Of a DNA stretch of 64,000 nucleotides, positions 46,139 to 60,100 are shown piece after piece. How positions within the stretch are numbered: position 1 is the stretch's first letter; every line of letters starts with the position of its first letter. Source of the DNA: Amoebophrya sp. A120. Taxonomy: Eukaryota > Protista > Dinoflagellata. The notes beneath the pieces were generated by a model. It did no database searches, was not told where the DNA came from, and worked only from the letters and a program-made list of their open reading frames with translations. The DNA lies in assembly GCA_905178155.1 (NCBI GenBank), contig CAJINV010000019.1:626475-690474 (forward strand). The letters run 5' to 3'. A program made the position numbers and the translations under genes.

Positions 46139-47357
46139 CTTGATTTTCTATTCTGGCGATAAATGGCGTTTAGTTGTGGGTAACACACAGTAGTGTAGGA
46201 AATACTCTGTGCACTAGACTATCGGGCGGGTGCAGAATTGAACTTCCACGTATGATTGCGAGTAGGTTTGGGTAGACGTGCCACCTCAGTCAGATGAACT
46301 TCTTCATCGACTTTGTTGAATGTGATACTGGCTACTGATCGCTCTGAGTAGCGAGAGACAGAAGAAAACGATCGCGAGAGACAGAGAGCGACAACGACAC
46401 AGCGAAGGCGACAAACGATGCGGCGACAACGAAGCAGAGATAAGTAGATCGGGTTTCTACGGCTGGGCCCATCCTCTAACCGTCCGAAATATAAAACAGG
46501 CTTTAGGCAACAAGACACACGCAACTTCAAGATGCGCGGATACGAACATGCTCGAGGAAACAATTGACATTTAGTTGGTCCTCCTCGTTGCCATACGATA
46601 CCGGTGCGGTCGGCCACTTCCTCATTTCGGAAAATCTGTCTTCTCACAACCTTCAGAGAATCGCGCATCAGAGTTTTTCCTTCGAAAGTTGAAGCGTAAA
46701 AATTCCGCGTGCCAGTTCAATTGCGTAGTTGATGATCTTCGCGATAATATAGTCGTTCCCTGTCCATCATATAGACAGCAGCTGCGACAGCAACTGCAGC
46801 TTCCTCGGCCCAAAATGAATCTTTGTTCTCGCTTAGTTCAGCTTTCTGACTCTTATCAACTAGAGGCGCTGTGGTCATAGTAGCGGTTTTTCAGGCAACA
46901 TCATCGTGCAAACATCAAAAAACTTTAGTGTTGCACTTGGTGACATGAGTCCTAATCGGTTCTTTGAAGGCGCAATTCAATTGTACCAAAAACCCCATAG
47001 CGAGGTTTTGCTCTGTCGGTCGTTAGTTGTCGCTTCGCAATTCGAAAACGCTGATGATACCGAAGTGGTATCACAGCGGAAAAAAACACCTGCTGAAAAA
47101 AGATGAAAAAGCGCCTGCTGTTGTCACAAGAAGACGCTTATCTTTCATCGGCAGTTCTATATCTGTAGACAGAAGATCTCGTCTCTCAGTTGCTAGTAGA
47201 ACTCTAGAAAGAGCTTCTAGAGCTCTACCCTAAATGATAAAATTGGATGACACTAAGGAAGTGGTTAGTCGTTAAGTTTACGCGAGAGTCTTTTCTACCT
47301 CTTCTGGATGAGTTCTAAATTATCATCTTCTCTTCAACCGAAGGACCTTCCTGCCCC

Positions 47358-50300
47358 TCACAGCGTTGGTTTGACGGGAGCTGCATCTGGCGCAGCGGCG
47401 GAGACCGCGAGCCAGAACGGCCCGCCAGTTTTTGGGTTCGACCAGTTGGCGATGACAGAGCCGAAGACCAGGGACATGATGGCAGACAGCTTGTATCCTA
47501 TGCAAAAACGTCCCCACACCAGAGTCGAGATGGTAAATCTGCTAGACAAATCAACCAGCTTTGGCTGTTTCGCATGACAAGTTTGTCCTTGTAATGTAAT
47601 CCTGTTTAGGTAGTTCAGCAGCATAGCAGATCTAGCATATGATGCTGATTATAGCATCACAAATCCCGCAACACGACTAGAGACTGCTTCTCATGGGTCT
47701 CCGCATGAGAAACATTTTCAGCATGCAGATTTGCATTACAACTCTGGGGTGGGTACATTTTTGCTCAGGATAGCTTGACCACAATGTTCAGGGACGGGCC
47801 GGAGGTGTCCTTGAGTGGGTCGCCGACGGTGTCACCGGTGACCGCGTTCTTGTGGGCGGAAGAACCTGTCGTGTGACAAAGATTTTCGCATAGCAGGAGA
47901 ATATGCTCGTCCTAGTAGAAATCGCATTGCAAATTCGGCCAGCATGACAAATGGAATTTTTCATGCTGTGGCACCTTGGGATGGAAATTTGTAATGCATG
48001 ATTGCAATATTACTGTTGAAATACCCTTTCCAAACTCCGGTCCCAAGCCACCAGCCTCAATGTATTTCTTTGCGTTGTCCCATGCGCCACCGCTGTTGCT
48101 CATGCTGATTGCCAGCTGAACCCCGGAGACGAGAGCACCTGATAGGAGGTTAATCATGTCATGTGTACTATGCGCATGAGAGAGTAAAAGTCTCAATGCT
48201 GCAGGTTTTTGCATCAGAAGCTACCGAAATGATCAAGATAGAAATCACTGCTCTATATTGAAAATCGCATCACACAATCTATACCTGACAGGACCCCGGC
48301 CGTGCAGTTCTTCCCAAACGCCAAGCCCGCGACGAGTGGGTATCAAATGTAAAAGTGTCTGGGTCTGGAAGAATGCAAGATTTGTCATGCATATTTCTCA
48401 TGACCCATAATGCCTGTAATGCTTGAACTAGCATCGCAGACTTTTAGAGGGCTTCCTGATGCACCTTCCGCATGAGAAATGGCCCGTCTGTGTAGCAAAA
48501 ACTGTACCCATTTTGCTGGTCATGCAATACAATTTTTTTTAGAGTCCAAAAACAGCATGACAAGTTCCAATCTTCCAGACCCAGACATTTTTACAGTTGA
48601 TAGTGGGGACAAGATGACCAGCGCACCCGGTGCGAGCATCTCACGCAGGGACGCTTCTGTGGAGATGGAAATGCAGCGCTGGTACTGGGGCTTGATTTCC
48701 CCGGAGAGAATTTTCGGGAACTGTTGCATGCACTCGTTGACCATGTCGTTCGCGGCTTCACCGACCGACTTCATGGTCATGGCCGAGAAGGCGTACGGCA
48801 TCATGGCACCGTAGAGAAGACCAGAGAAGCACCACGGGTCGAGGATGTCGACCGTCTCGACCTTTGAGTTGATGGGTTGTTTGCGTGGATGATTGGGTAG
48901 CACAAGACTAGTACAACCTTGATGAGTTGATGGGTAGCACAAGACTAGTACACCACGCAGAGTTTGTAAAGTCGATTGGAAGTACAAGTAGTAGTTCAGG
49001 AAGAAAATATAACAGTTACAGTTTATGTTTACCTGTGCCCGCACGCAGTACGCCCCGAACAAAGCCAGGGACACCAACGCCGCGCTGCCGATTGCGAATC
49101 CCTTTCCGATAGCCGCGGTTGTGTTTCCCGCCGCGTCCAGAGCATCCGTTCGACGGCGCACTTCCGGATATGAACTGCAAAAGTATCGCACTCGTAGTAT
49201 TGCAACACAAATTGGCTCAGCATGACAAACGGAATTTCTCATGCTGATTTAGCTTGAAAACGAAATTTGTCTTGCATGACTGCAATTACTACGAGTACGA
49301 TACTTTTGCAGTTCATACCGGACCCATACCGCACATTTCCGCGATTCCACCCGCATTGTCGCTGATCGGGCCGTAGACATCAATCGTCAACCCCATGGTC
49401 ATGGTGGACAGCATACCAATCGCACCCAGTGCGACACCGTAGGAACCGCACAGCGTGTAGGCAACGAGGATGGTCAAACCCAGGCAGGCAACCGGGATAA
49501 CGCAGGACAGGTACCCGAGGGCGAGGCCGTAGATGATACCGGTGGCGGCGGAGACGCGTTGGGTTTCGGAGATCTCGCGGACCGGGCGGTAAGAGTGGGA
49601 AGTGTAGTATTCCGTGACGAAACCTTGATTTGAGTTTTTCATCATGTGCAACAGAAATTTTCAGGTGCCAACACTAGCGCTAAGGCCCATTTCGCCCCAC
49701 AAATGATCAATCCGCTGATCGCGCCCACAAATGTATTCTATACCGATGATCAATCCGCTGATCGCGCCCAACACGCACGTATGAATTGTAAAAGCATCGC
49801 ACACTAGTAGTAATCGCATTACAAATTTGCGATGCATGACAAATGGAATTTCTCATGCTGATTTCCCTTGAAAAAGAGATTTGTCATGCATAAATGCGAT
49901 TACTACGACCACGATACTTTTGCACAGGATAACACGGGACAGCGGCGCCGAGCCACGTGACACCACGTGCGTTTGCGGCCAAGTCGAAGGTTCCGTCGGG
50001 CAGGCAGACCTTGGCGAGGATGAGAATGACGGGGATCTCCAGGAAGGTGGAGATGACGAGAACACCCTTCAGCGCCTTCTCAATGTCGGGGAGTTCGCGG
50101 ACCGGGTAAAATTGGTTGACAACGCACAGAGTGATGATACCGACCAGGATACCGGTGGAGGAAAGGAGAACCTGAGATAGTTTTGATGGAGGTTGATATG
50201 GTATACTCAGAGGCCGTCCGACGTTTCTTGTGGCAACTACGAAGAAAAGCTTTTCAACCGTTCTTGACATTATAATTGGGTCAGTAAATTTTTGTTTTTT

Positions 50301-52877
50301 CAACAACATTTGCAGACCAACCTGCGAATATCGGAAGAAAAAAGCGTCAAGGATTTTACATCACGAGAACCCCGAAAATAGGCGAAATGCGTTTTTATGA
50401 TTACATTTACAGTATCGATTCGCATTCCACAATCAAAAGGCATTTTTCAGCTCAATTGGAGGGTGAATTGCTATCGGCATCAGCAGATAGGCTGCCTATG
50501 CTGCTTTCAATTCTGCATCACGACAGGAGCAAAACTTGTGATGGAATTACCAGCTAACATGATGCTTTTGTAATGCAGAATCCGCAAAACAAAATCCTAT
50601 ACCGGGAACATCATGGCGGACCAGTTGTTGGCGATGCCATTCGCAAACGCGCCACTACTCGCCCCGACCACAAGAGCCGCACACGTCGCCTCCGCGAAGG
50701 AACCGAACAGATCTGCGCCCATACCGGCCACGTCCCCAACATTATCTCCCACGTTGTCGGCGATACACGCCGGGTTGCGCGGATCGTCCTCATCGAGCCC
50801 GTAGTCGTTCTTTCCGGAAAGATCCGCACCGACATCTGCAGCCTTGGTGTAGATACCGCCACCAACACGACCGAAGAGTGCGATGGAGGAACCACCTGAG
50901 AGTTTTTGCATAGATAGTGATTAAAAAGGAGTGGTTTGACAAGCTAGGGGGCCTGTTATTTGCAGCTGCGCCTGTATTTGAAACCGCTTCTGTCAGATGT
51001 GTGTTTATCGTTTGAGTTCTCCTTGCATCACTGACGACCTGGGAGGCCAAGTCAGGAAGCTATTTTTTCCTCACGAAGACGAGCTTTGCAACCTCATGGG
51101 GCAACTAAGAAGCGGCTCTTGCCTACTGGGACGGAGAGATCACCTCACACCAAATATTGGATTGGTGTGCGCGTCTTCAGTCGGCTCCCGAGTGTGATGT
51201 ATGAGGTGAAGTACCAATGGCAGATCAAGATCTCACTACACGACCTAAAGAAAACAGTCTCAGACCGAATTCGTGCAGTTCTTCATCACAGAGGCACGGC
51301 AAGCGTGCATCTTCGAACCAAGTAGCTTTTGGGTCATCATGCGCAGCACCTATACAGCCTTCAGCAATTAAGGGCCTTCACGGGCTATCCACAATCCAAC
51401 TTCGGAGAACCATCACCGCTTGCAGGGTGTGCAGGAAGCATAGTCTACAAAACCGTGTGCAAATAATGTCAGTCTACGTACGGGATTCTTTTGTGTCTTT
51501 CACAAGAAGCACGACGCACGTGCTACTCAGAAACTCACCAAGATTTGTTCCTCATTTCAACCACGGGCAAAAATACGCGATGTGCAACAGTCAGCTTCAT
51601 GTCACTTTCTTTCGAGTCTTTCACAGAGCACGCACAACGAGCGTGCCCCTCAGAAACTCACTAAGATTTGTTCACCATTCCGTCAACGAGCCAGTACGAC
51701 CCCAGCATGCGCTTATGACATTCAACCTACAAGAATAAGAACAAGACACCTACTTACAACGCAAGTATACCCAGTCCAAACCCAGCAATCGCGTCGAAGA
51801 TTGCGCTCTTGTCGCCGGCGAAGCCGAAGGGATCCGACGCGGACGTGTAGACCTGAATCAAAGCGTACAGAGCCAGCACTCCCAGAGAGACCAAGCTCAG
51901 CCCCATGACGCACCCGCCGCGGATGGCGACGTCGTACCCAGATGACAAATCCTTCCAGCACTCGTGCGCGGTCCTGACGTTCGTGTACACGGCGATTTTC
52001 ATACCGATGTAACCGGAGAGGATGGAGGTGATGGACCCGACGATGAAGGCGACCACCGTTCCGTAGTTCACCTGGGTCAGGATGCAGGAGAAGAGGATCA
52101 CGTAGACCGCCATGTACTGATATTCCTTCATCAAAAACGCGTTCGCGCCCTCCGCGATGTAGCCGCCGATCTCGGTCTATCAAATGTAAAAATGTATGGG
52201 TCTGGAAGAATCCAACTTGTCATGCTGATTTTGGATTCTAAAAAAATCTGTATTGCATGAGCAGCAAAGAGAATCCAAATTTTGCAGTACGGAAAGAGCA
52301 TTTGTCATGCGGAATAGGCATCAGGAAGCCCTCTAAAAACCTGTGATGCTAGGGCATGCATCACAGACTTGAGGAGTCATGCAAAATGTGCATGACAAAG
52401 CCGGCAATCTTCCAGACCCAGACATTTTTACAGTTGATACGGTCATGACGGAGAGAATCTTCTGGGTGTCCTCACCCAGCTGATCGGATTTTAGGAGTTT
52501 GTCCTTGTGTATCAAACGTAACAACGTCTGGGTCTGGAAGAGTGCATGTTTGTCATGCATATTTCTCATGACCCATGATGCCTGTAATGCATCACCTAGC
52601 ATCGCAGACTTTCAGAGGGCTTCCTGATGCACCTTCCGCATGAGAAGTGGCCTGTCCGTGTAGCACAAATTGCACCCCTCTCGCTGGTCATGCAATACAA
52701 ATTCTTTTAGAGTCCACAAAAAGCATGACAAGTTGCAATCTTCCAGACCCAGACATTTTTGCATTTGATATTGTGCCCGTTCATCTTCACGTTCCGGAGA
52801 AAAACGCACTCCTTCGCGGCCCAGCCCAGGCCCAAAAGGCACGGGGCCACGATGAGCCCGTCGATGAGGGGAGTCAT
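47358..52877 (-). CDS. VP1: Vacuolar-type H+-translocating pyrophosphatase (K+-dependent type by the GNTTAA motif)
   Basis: [100 protein letters not shown] and [17 protein letters not shown]. Six introners plus GT-AG introns. Confidence 0.96.
47494..47772. mobile_element. Introner family C
   Basis: TIRs; TSD GCTTG/GCTTG; interior similar to 751-1029. Confidence 0.92.
47866..48024 (-). other. Canonical GT-AG intron with family-B introner interior
   Basis: Joins K-G|[11 protein letters not shown]. Contains GCATGACAAATGGAATTTTTCATGCTG, one mismatch from the interior of 49780-49931. Confidence 0.8.
48139..48284 (-). other. Canonical GT-AG intron retaining a perfect 5-bp direct repeat and TAT/TA-like ends
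   Basis: Sense strand TCAGG-TATAG...CCTA-TCAGG (plus strand CCTGA at 48138-48142 and 48284-48288). Confidence 0.8.
48341..48602. mobile_element. Introner family A
   Basis: TIRs; TSD GTGGG/GTGGG. Confidence 0.92.
49169..49317. mobile_element. Introner family B
   Basis: TIRs; TSD CCGGA/CCGGA. Confidence 0.92.
49780..49931. mobile_element. Introner family B
   Basis: TIRs; TSD GCACG/ACACG. Confidence 0.9.
52178..52439. mobile_element. Introner family A
   Basis: TIRs; TSD CGGTC/CGGTC. Confidence 0.92.
52510..52770. mobile_element. Introner family A
   Basis: TIRs; TSD TTGTG/TTGTG. Confidence 0.92.
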
Positions 52878-54119
52878 CTTGTCGTTAGATTTGTCTTGTC
52901 GTTAGATTTTTTGTGTAGTACAACAACTGAAAATGATTTACTGGAGTAGTACACGCGTGGCGGTGTGATACTCCAGATTTTGACCTGAAAATTGGATTGA
53001 AAAAGGACCCTAATCGAATGCAAGATGCAAACGATAGAGGAATTAGTGTTGCTCTGCGGGGGAAGGTCGTGAAGATGAAATCGAATCTGAGAGCTGTATC
53101 TACGCAGTCTTTAAAGGCTAAAAAAGACACAACTGCATCTCGTGCGCTTCAAAATAGAAAAATCGGATCGATCGGTAGAGCTCGGCATGGAAATAATGTC
53201 TTCGTCAACGTTTCCAACCACAGTTTCGGCACCAGGTTCTCTACTTTGCGTACAATGTCGTCACGTGCACGTGCTAAAAAATACGATTTGATCACCAAGC
53301 TCACGAGTAGCCTCATGTCCTCGGATCAAAAATGCACGGCAGGATCATGGGGAAGGACGTTGAACTCAGTAGTGCAACTAGAACTACTGACAATCCGACA
53401 TAAAAATGGCTGAAAAATAAAGCTAGGAGCCTTCTCAGTAGAAGTCACAACCACCGCCACACAGCACATATCTGTTGTGATCTGCAACCCCCGATGGAGA
53501 GAGCCTTCATCGTATTTCGCTTCCTCCTAACGCCACGAGATCTCGATGCCAGTTTGGAGCAACAAAGAGCTCGGAGATCTGTATTGGCTTTGACAAGTCC
53601 TCCACCACTACATGAGACACAAACTGTTGACTTGCATCCATCATAAAAGGTACAAATGGAACCAGACCTTCATCGTCTCACCAAACCGCTGATCCTTGGT
53701 TCGCAATCCTGGAATGGAGAACACAACAGCACGCAAAGAGGACTGAGTTAGTTGCCTACAACGAGAAAGGCACTGGTAAACAGCGGCCAAGCCGCGCTAC
53801 ATTCAATGAGTACAGGAATCCACGCACAAATTTATAAATCGCAACAGTGATCGAAACAGGAAACAATGGAGGTTTCCGACAATCATTGGTCAGCTTTGTA
53901 CATGATGTGAAGCAAAACACTCGCAAGCTTCAATTCTTGTACATTTTGGAACGATTCTACAGGATTATCCTTTACAACGAGTAGCATACATTTCGCGAGC
54001 CTAGCGACACGGTTGTATACAATCGCTTTCTGCTTTATTGACAATTTTCATTCTACTTTTACGGTAAAGTTGTGATTGCTAAAAATAACTTTGTCTTTGT
54101 GATTGTGACATTTCGAAAC

Positions 54120-57100
54120 TTAAGTTACTGCCTCGCTGTTCGTTTTCACGACGTTACTGCTAGTGTAGTAATGCACTCTTAATCTTTCAATGATCCATTC
54201 GATATTTTCCGCGCGTCCCTCCGCTATTTCCACCCATTCTTCACCGGGCTCTTCCTGTTCATTGCGAATCCGCCGGTAAACTGGTGTATGGATTGCAAAA
54301 GTGTCTGGGTCTTGAAGATTCCGGGGCTTGTGATGCATATTTTGTATGATCCATGATACAGGTAATGCATGATCTAGCATCACAGATTTTTAGAGGGCTT
54401 CCTGATGCCTATTCGGCATGAGAAATTCCCTCTCCGCGTAACACAAACTGGCGGACTCCTGTTGCTGGTCACGCAATACAGATTTTTTTGGAATCCAAAG
54501 ACAGCATGACAAGTTGCAATCTTCCAGACCCAGACATTTTTGCAATCCATATGGTGATTCTTCGCAGTGTGCATGTCTACAATGGGGGACAACGGGGACA
54601 AGAAAAGCGGTACCTTGGACGGCGATTTTCCCAAGAGACCGCTCGCTTGCCCAGAAGCTGCTGTCAACGGGGAAACAAACTTGCTGCTGCTCCAGGGGGT
54701 GTTTCCGCCACCAACTGCGCCGTCATGATCTCCCTTCATTTTGTTCATCTTGGAAGGACTGACTTTCAACGGGGACAGCTGGCGCTTCGATGGACTCAGG
54801 GAGGAAAAATCGTCCATGGGATTCGACGATGCTGAGCCACCAGGTCCCCCTATCTCGGACGTGTGGTAGTCGTGCCCAGGCTGCTCCTGCACCACGAAGA
54901 ACTGCTGCGATGGGAGGCGCTTCCCCGGAGACGCCTCGAGTGGAGACAGGGTGATCTTGTATTTCCCTGCGTTTGGTCCACCAGCTGCTCCTAGATGATG
55001 CTGCTGTAATCCAGGTGCCTGTGCGGGTAGAGCTCCTCCTCTTGTCGACCACTTATTCGCCGGCGCATAAGACTGCATCATGATCGGTGGCTGCTTGTTC
55101 GGACTGGTTAGCGAAGGTATTCGGTGCACAATTGGAGGACTTGCATTTATTCCATGCTGATCTTGTTCATCCTGAGCCGACCCTTCTCGCGACCGTGACG
55201 CGTTCGTGTAGAGCGAAGTTTCGGCAAGAACTAGTTCCCGCCCGTGCACAACTTGGAGGTTCTGATCGCTGTAGCTGCCATCATCATATTCCTGATCGCC
55301 AGAAACAGCAGCTGCGGCAGCGTCTTCGGTGAGAAACGTTGCGCACGATGAGCCACCTTCCGCCTGTTCACCATTTTCGCCTCGCTGCTGAGAATGTTGG
55401 TCTTCGTTCTCGGTGTATTCGTGTGAAGAGTTCATCCCACCATCGTGGTCATCCCCTTCCCCACCACGTGACGACGTCCCAGAGACCGACTGCTGGTCAT
55501 GGTCGATCACCATGGAACCGGACAAATCCACGACCCCGCTGCGCATTCGCCGCTGCTTTTGCACGACACCGGAAGAGACGTTTTCCTCATCCAAAAGTGC
55601 CAACTGCTGGTGCGCAGTGTCGTTGTTTGGATTGTAAAAGCTGAAGGATTCTTGGTCATCTTCTTCCGGGTTGTCGTTGTTCCTCCGCCCGCCCTGATGG
55701 CCGGCGCGCTGATGTTGTGGAAACTGGTTTGGTTGTTCCTGCAGTAGTATCAAATGCAAAAATGTCTGGGTCTGGAAGATTCCAACTTGTCATGCTAAAT
55801 CTCAATCATGCAAAAATCTGTGTTGCATAATTCCCAAAAGCTGTCCACTTTCGACCATGTTGGGAGGAAGTTTCTCATGCAGGATAGGCATGGCATAGGC
55901 CTCACAGAGTCTGTCATGCGAAGTCCCGCATTCCGGACCTCATGAGTCATGGAAAGACTGCATGACAAGCTTACACCCTTCCAGACCCAGATATTTTTAC
56001 AGGTGATAAGTGACCCGCTCAATGTTGTCACTGTCGTTGTGCAACCAGCTTCGTCCCAGGTCGTGTCCAAATTCGTGTTGGTCAGAGAATTCTGTCCGTA
56101 GAGCAACTCGTTTTTATTCCCCAAAGAACCACCCCCAAGCCCGCTCTTCAGAGAGGATTTCCTGCTCTTATCAACAACAGGCTGAAAGAGATCCAACGCC
56201 AGACCATTGATTCCCGCTGCGTTGCCTTGCTGCCCCCCGGAAACCTGCACGCCGCCAGCAGCCCCCGCATTTCCACCACCATTCGCCATACTATTGATCA
56301 TTTGCGCCCGCTGAAAAATCTCCGCGTTGTCGTTCTCTTCCCCGGGGGCGAAAAACACGCGTAAAACACTCGTTTGCTCCAATTGCTGCTTTTGATTCTG
56401 TATGTCTTCTATTTTCCTTATCCGCCGCACCGCGTCCTGGTACAGCCGGTTGAAGACATTTCCCGGGTCGCGGGAGAGAAAATCCCCAAGGCCAGACTGC
56501 CGAAACATTTCCTCGTAGTTCGATGTTTGCTTATTTTCCATCCCGTTGCTGGATTCCATGTTCTCTTTCAGCCTCACTAGCCGCATCGACATCTCGTTGA
56601 TGATCAAGCGTAACCGCGAGATCGTCCTACTAGCTTCTTCCTTCTCCCTTTCCAACTCCTGCAGCCTCTGGAGCAATTCCTTCCGGGATTCCTTCGCGTA
56701 GTCCGTGCTGAGATTTTCGATCGTCGTGTCCAAAATCGCTTTCAATTGCGACTCGTGATCCAATTGATCCGGGTCGAGAGTCTTGATATCCCCACTTGTC
56801 TCCGACGCGGATTGATCATCGTTTTTCCGGTCTTTATTATGTTGACCATTTTCATTCGCTCCTGAACCTGATCGGTTGCTGGATTGTGGACGGCTGGGGT
56901 TTTGGGAATCATACTTGAGACGTTGCTGGGCGCTGTTATCGTCTTCCCCGTCGCGGTTATCGTCGGGCTCGGAGCCATCGCTGTTGTAGCCCCGCATCAG
57001 CTCCGGGTCAGAACCGTCCCAGCGCGGAACGGTGGCGCCCTGAAAGTGAAAGAATTTGTTTGACAAAAGCATCGTCTTTATGTAGTTGTAAACCACTCTT

Positions 57101-60100
57101 TAGGCAGGCGCTCGCGCACAGCATATTTCTCATACAGATCCTTCACAAACAGCAGCGAAATCTGTACCTGTTGTGTCTGTCTGAACGTGTCTTCCAGCTG
57201 TCTGATTTCGCCTTCCAAAGCCGTTACCAACGACTGCGCCTCCAACTTCTGTTGCGTTTCCACATCTAGTTTCGAAAATGTATTCCGCAGCTGCGTTTCC
57301 GTTGCATGCAGCTGCTCCTGCATGTCGTCCGTCAATTGCGACCACATGTTCGATATCAAATGTAAAAATATCTGGGTCTGGAAGATTGCCAGCTTTGTCA
57401 TGCACATTTTGCATGACTCCTGATGTCTGTGATGCGTGCCCTAGCATCACAGATTTTGTGAGGGCTTCCTGATGCCTATACCGCATGACAAATGCTCTCT
57501 GCGTGTAGCAAAACTTAGACTCTCTTTGCTGCTCATGCAATACAGATTTTTTTTATAATCCAAAATCAGCATGACAAGTTGCATTCTTCCAGACCCAGAC
57601 ATTTTTACAATCCATATTCGACCGCCCGAGGTTCAGGCCCCGCGTGACAGTGTTCGTGTGGCTAGTTGGTTCCTGAATCGTCGCTGGCAACTGACTATGC
57701 ATTGCAAATGCAGGAGCGCCCTCGTAGTAATTGCAACACTGCATGAGAAGTCTCAGCTCTTCGGCAACTCAGCATTAGAAATCCGAAATGCTCTACTTGT
57801 GATAAAATTTGTCATTCACTTGCTAGTAGCACGATCATGCCTTTGCAATCCATAACCACCGTTGTTCATCAAATTTCCCCCAGCGTTCGACCCGCTCGCC
57901 GGCGTCCAAAACTGATCTCCTTTTGACATTCTGAATCCGGAGGAGGACACGGTTGTTTCGTACATCTTCCGGTGCCTCGCGAGCTGGATCCTGAGGTCTT
58001 TACTGTGCTTCTCCTGGTTTTCCAACATGGAGGACACCGCATCCTTATGCGCCTCCAAGTCGACAATGTCAACCTGGGAATCAAGTAACGCTTGACGGAG
58101 TTTGAGAAACAAGTCGCGCACCCACGGCTCGACGACCCTGTCTTTCACATTACTCGTCGCAGTGTCGTTGTTATTCTCATTGGCCGCGGCGGAGGAGGAG
58201 GATGCTGCAGGTGGTTGTTGTGTGGGATGGAAGTTTAGAGTTGTCGCCGTGTTATTCAAGCTCTTGTTCGCCGCGGTATTTTGAAGATTTTCATCATTCG
58301 TAGCAGTCGCGGTACTACCGTTAGTTACGCCGACGTTCAGGATTTCTCCAAGGAGAGAAACCAGATTTTTCTGCCTTTCCCGCCTCTCCTTCCGGAGGGT
58401 TTCCGACAAAGGTTCCTTGGATCCAAACGTCGCTTGCACCCCCGTCCAGGTCCACTTCGCTTTCGAACGGTCCATCGTTGCAGCGTTAGTATTCGTGTTA
58501 TTTTCGTGGTTACCTGCAACTGCACCATCACCTCCCGACTCCCGAGCGGTTGTGTTCCAGGATTTGTTGGTTCGGTTTTCCTCCAGCGCTCGGTTGTCGT
58601 TGTTTCCATTCATCATAGAACTGTTATTGGTCCGCCAAGAACTGCTGCTCTGCTGGTTGTTAGTACCTGGATCTCCTAGACCCGGCCCTGGCCCTGTTCC
58701 TCGCTTCTTCACCGCGTGCCTCCTTGCTCTTTCCAAATGTTTTCTCTCCAACTCCTGCCTTACCCTCGTGCTTGACGGCGGAAACGTCGCGCGCTGCCAC
58801 TGCGGCACAAACCCTTCTTCCCCTTCCTGCAGACTAGTGTCCGGGATCCACGACTGGTGCTTTCTGTTCCTTTCCGCCATACGGGAAAAAAGTCTCGGGT
58901 CGCCGCCGAGAGAACTGGCCGTGGAAGAGAGTTTTGACGAATCATCGGCGTGGTCCCGTCGTAGATGGCCTTCGTGGTCCAAATCCATACTGTTCTCTTC
59001 CTGTCCAAACGCCGCGGTGTGGGTCCCTTGGCCGTCAAAATTGTGTAATTTCCGTAGAATCAGTTGGTGTTTCTCGTGCTCGCTGTACCCGAGTTTCCGC
59101 AGAAGGCGCGCATTTTTCAAGTCCGTTGCCGCGTGAAGCAGTGGATGCGCGCGGGTAATAACAAGTCCGTAGGAATCGACGGTGCGCTTGATCTCGGATT
59201 TTTTCGCGTCAGGATCATTTATTTCGTCAGCGTCTTCAACGCCGGGCTTTCTTCCTCGACTCCAGAAATTACCCTTCGCATTCGACGCGCTCCTTCTCCG
59301 ACTGCTCGCATTGCTCGCCCGTGTCTGTTCCAAAAACTCATTCGTTTTATGCAGTAAATCCTCCGCGTGCTCGCCCCAGGCCGCTTTAATGTCGTCCCGA
59401 AGGCTATGCTGAGTAGAAACGTCCCCACCCCATACTTGTCATGCAGATTTGCAGTTACCGGAAGATTTGTAATGCGCATCCCCATGAGAGGCATTTCCAA
59501 ACGTATTTTGGACTTTGTTATGCTGTAAACAGGATGACTAGATGGATCGATTTGTGTTGCGGCTGCACTTACTAAACTGCACTACACTACAGCGAGGAAC
59601 TTGTCATGCTTGACTCCCAAAACTTCTCGATTTGTGTTGCGAGATCCCCATCTTGACTATGGGGTGGGTACGTTTTTACTCAGGATAGAGGCCAGCGGAG
59701 CGGTTCCGCGGATGGCGGTTGTAGATGGTTCGGTTTTTCCGGAGCCCATGCATTTTATTCCGCCGGGAAGATTTATTTCTGTTGCTTCTTACTCCTGTTC
59801 TCCCGTCGCCGACACTGCCAGAGGCTGATGATGACATCGTGACTCCGAAGAAGGTTCCGTGCGGCGTTTTACTATTGTCCTGTTGTGTCGTGTCGTAGAA
59901 ACAAGATGAACTTTGCTCTTCCTCATTTTCCGTGTTTTCGCCATGACGATGATCTTGCGGACCACCGACACTGCCATCGAGAAGATGATTATGCTCCACA
60001 TCATTATAGTTGCTCACGTCATCTTCATCGACCAAATCCCCGCGCTCCGAACTGGAACTAGACTGCGGCAACGCGATAAGATCATTGTTCAACATCTCCC

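Noticed and set aside
53395-53420. Partial resemblance (AAAATGGCT) to the reverse complement of the dinoflagellate spliced leader
   Set aside because: Only about 9 nt match, as expected by chance; I saw no full SL relic in the window.
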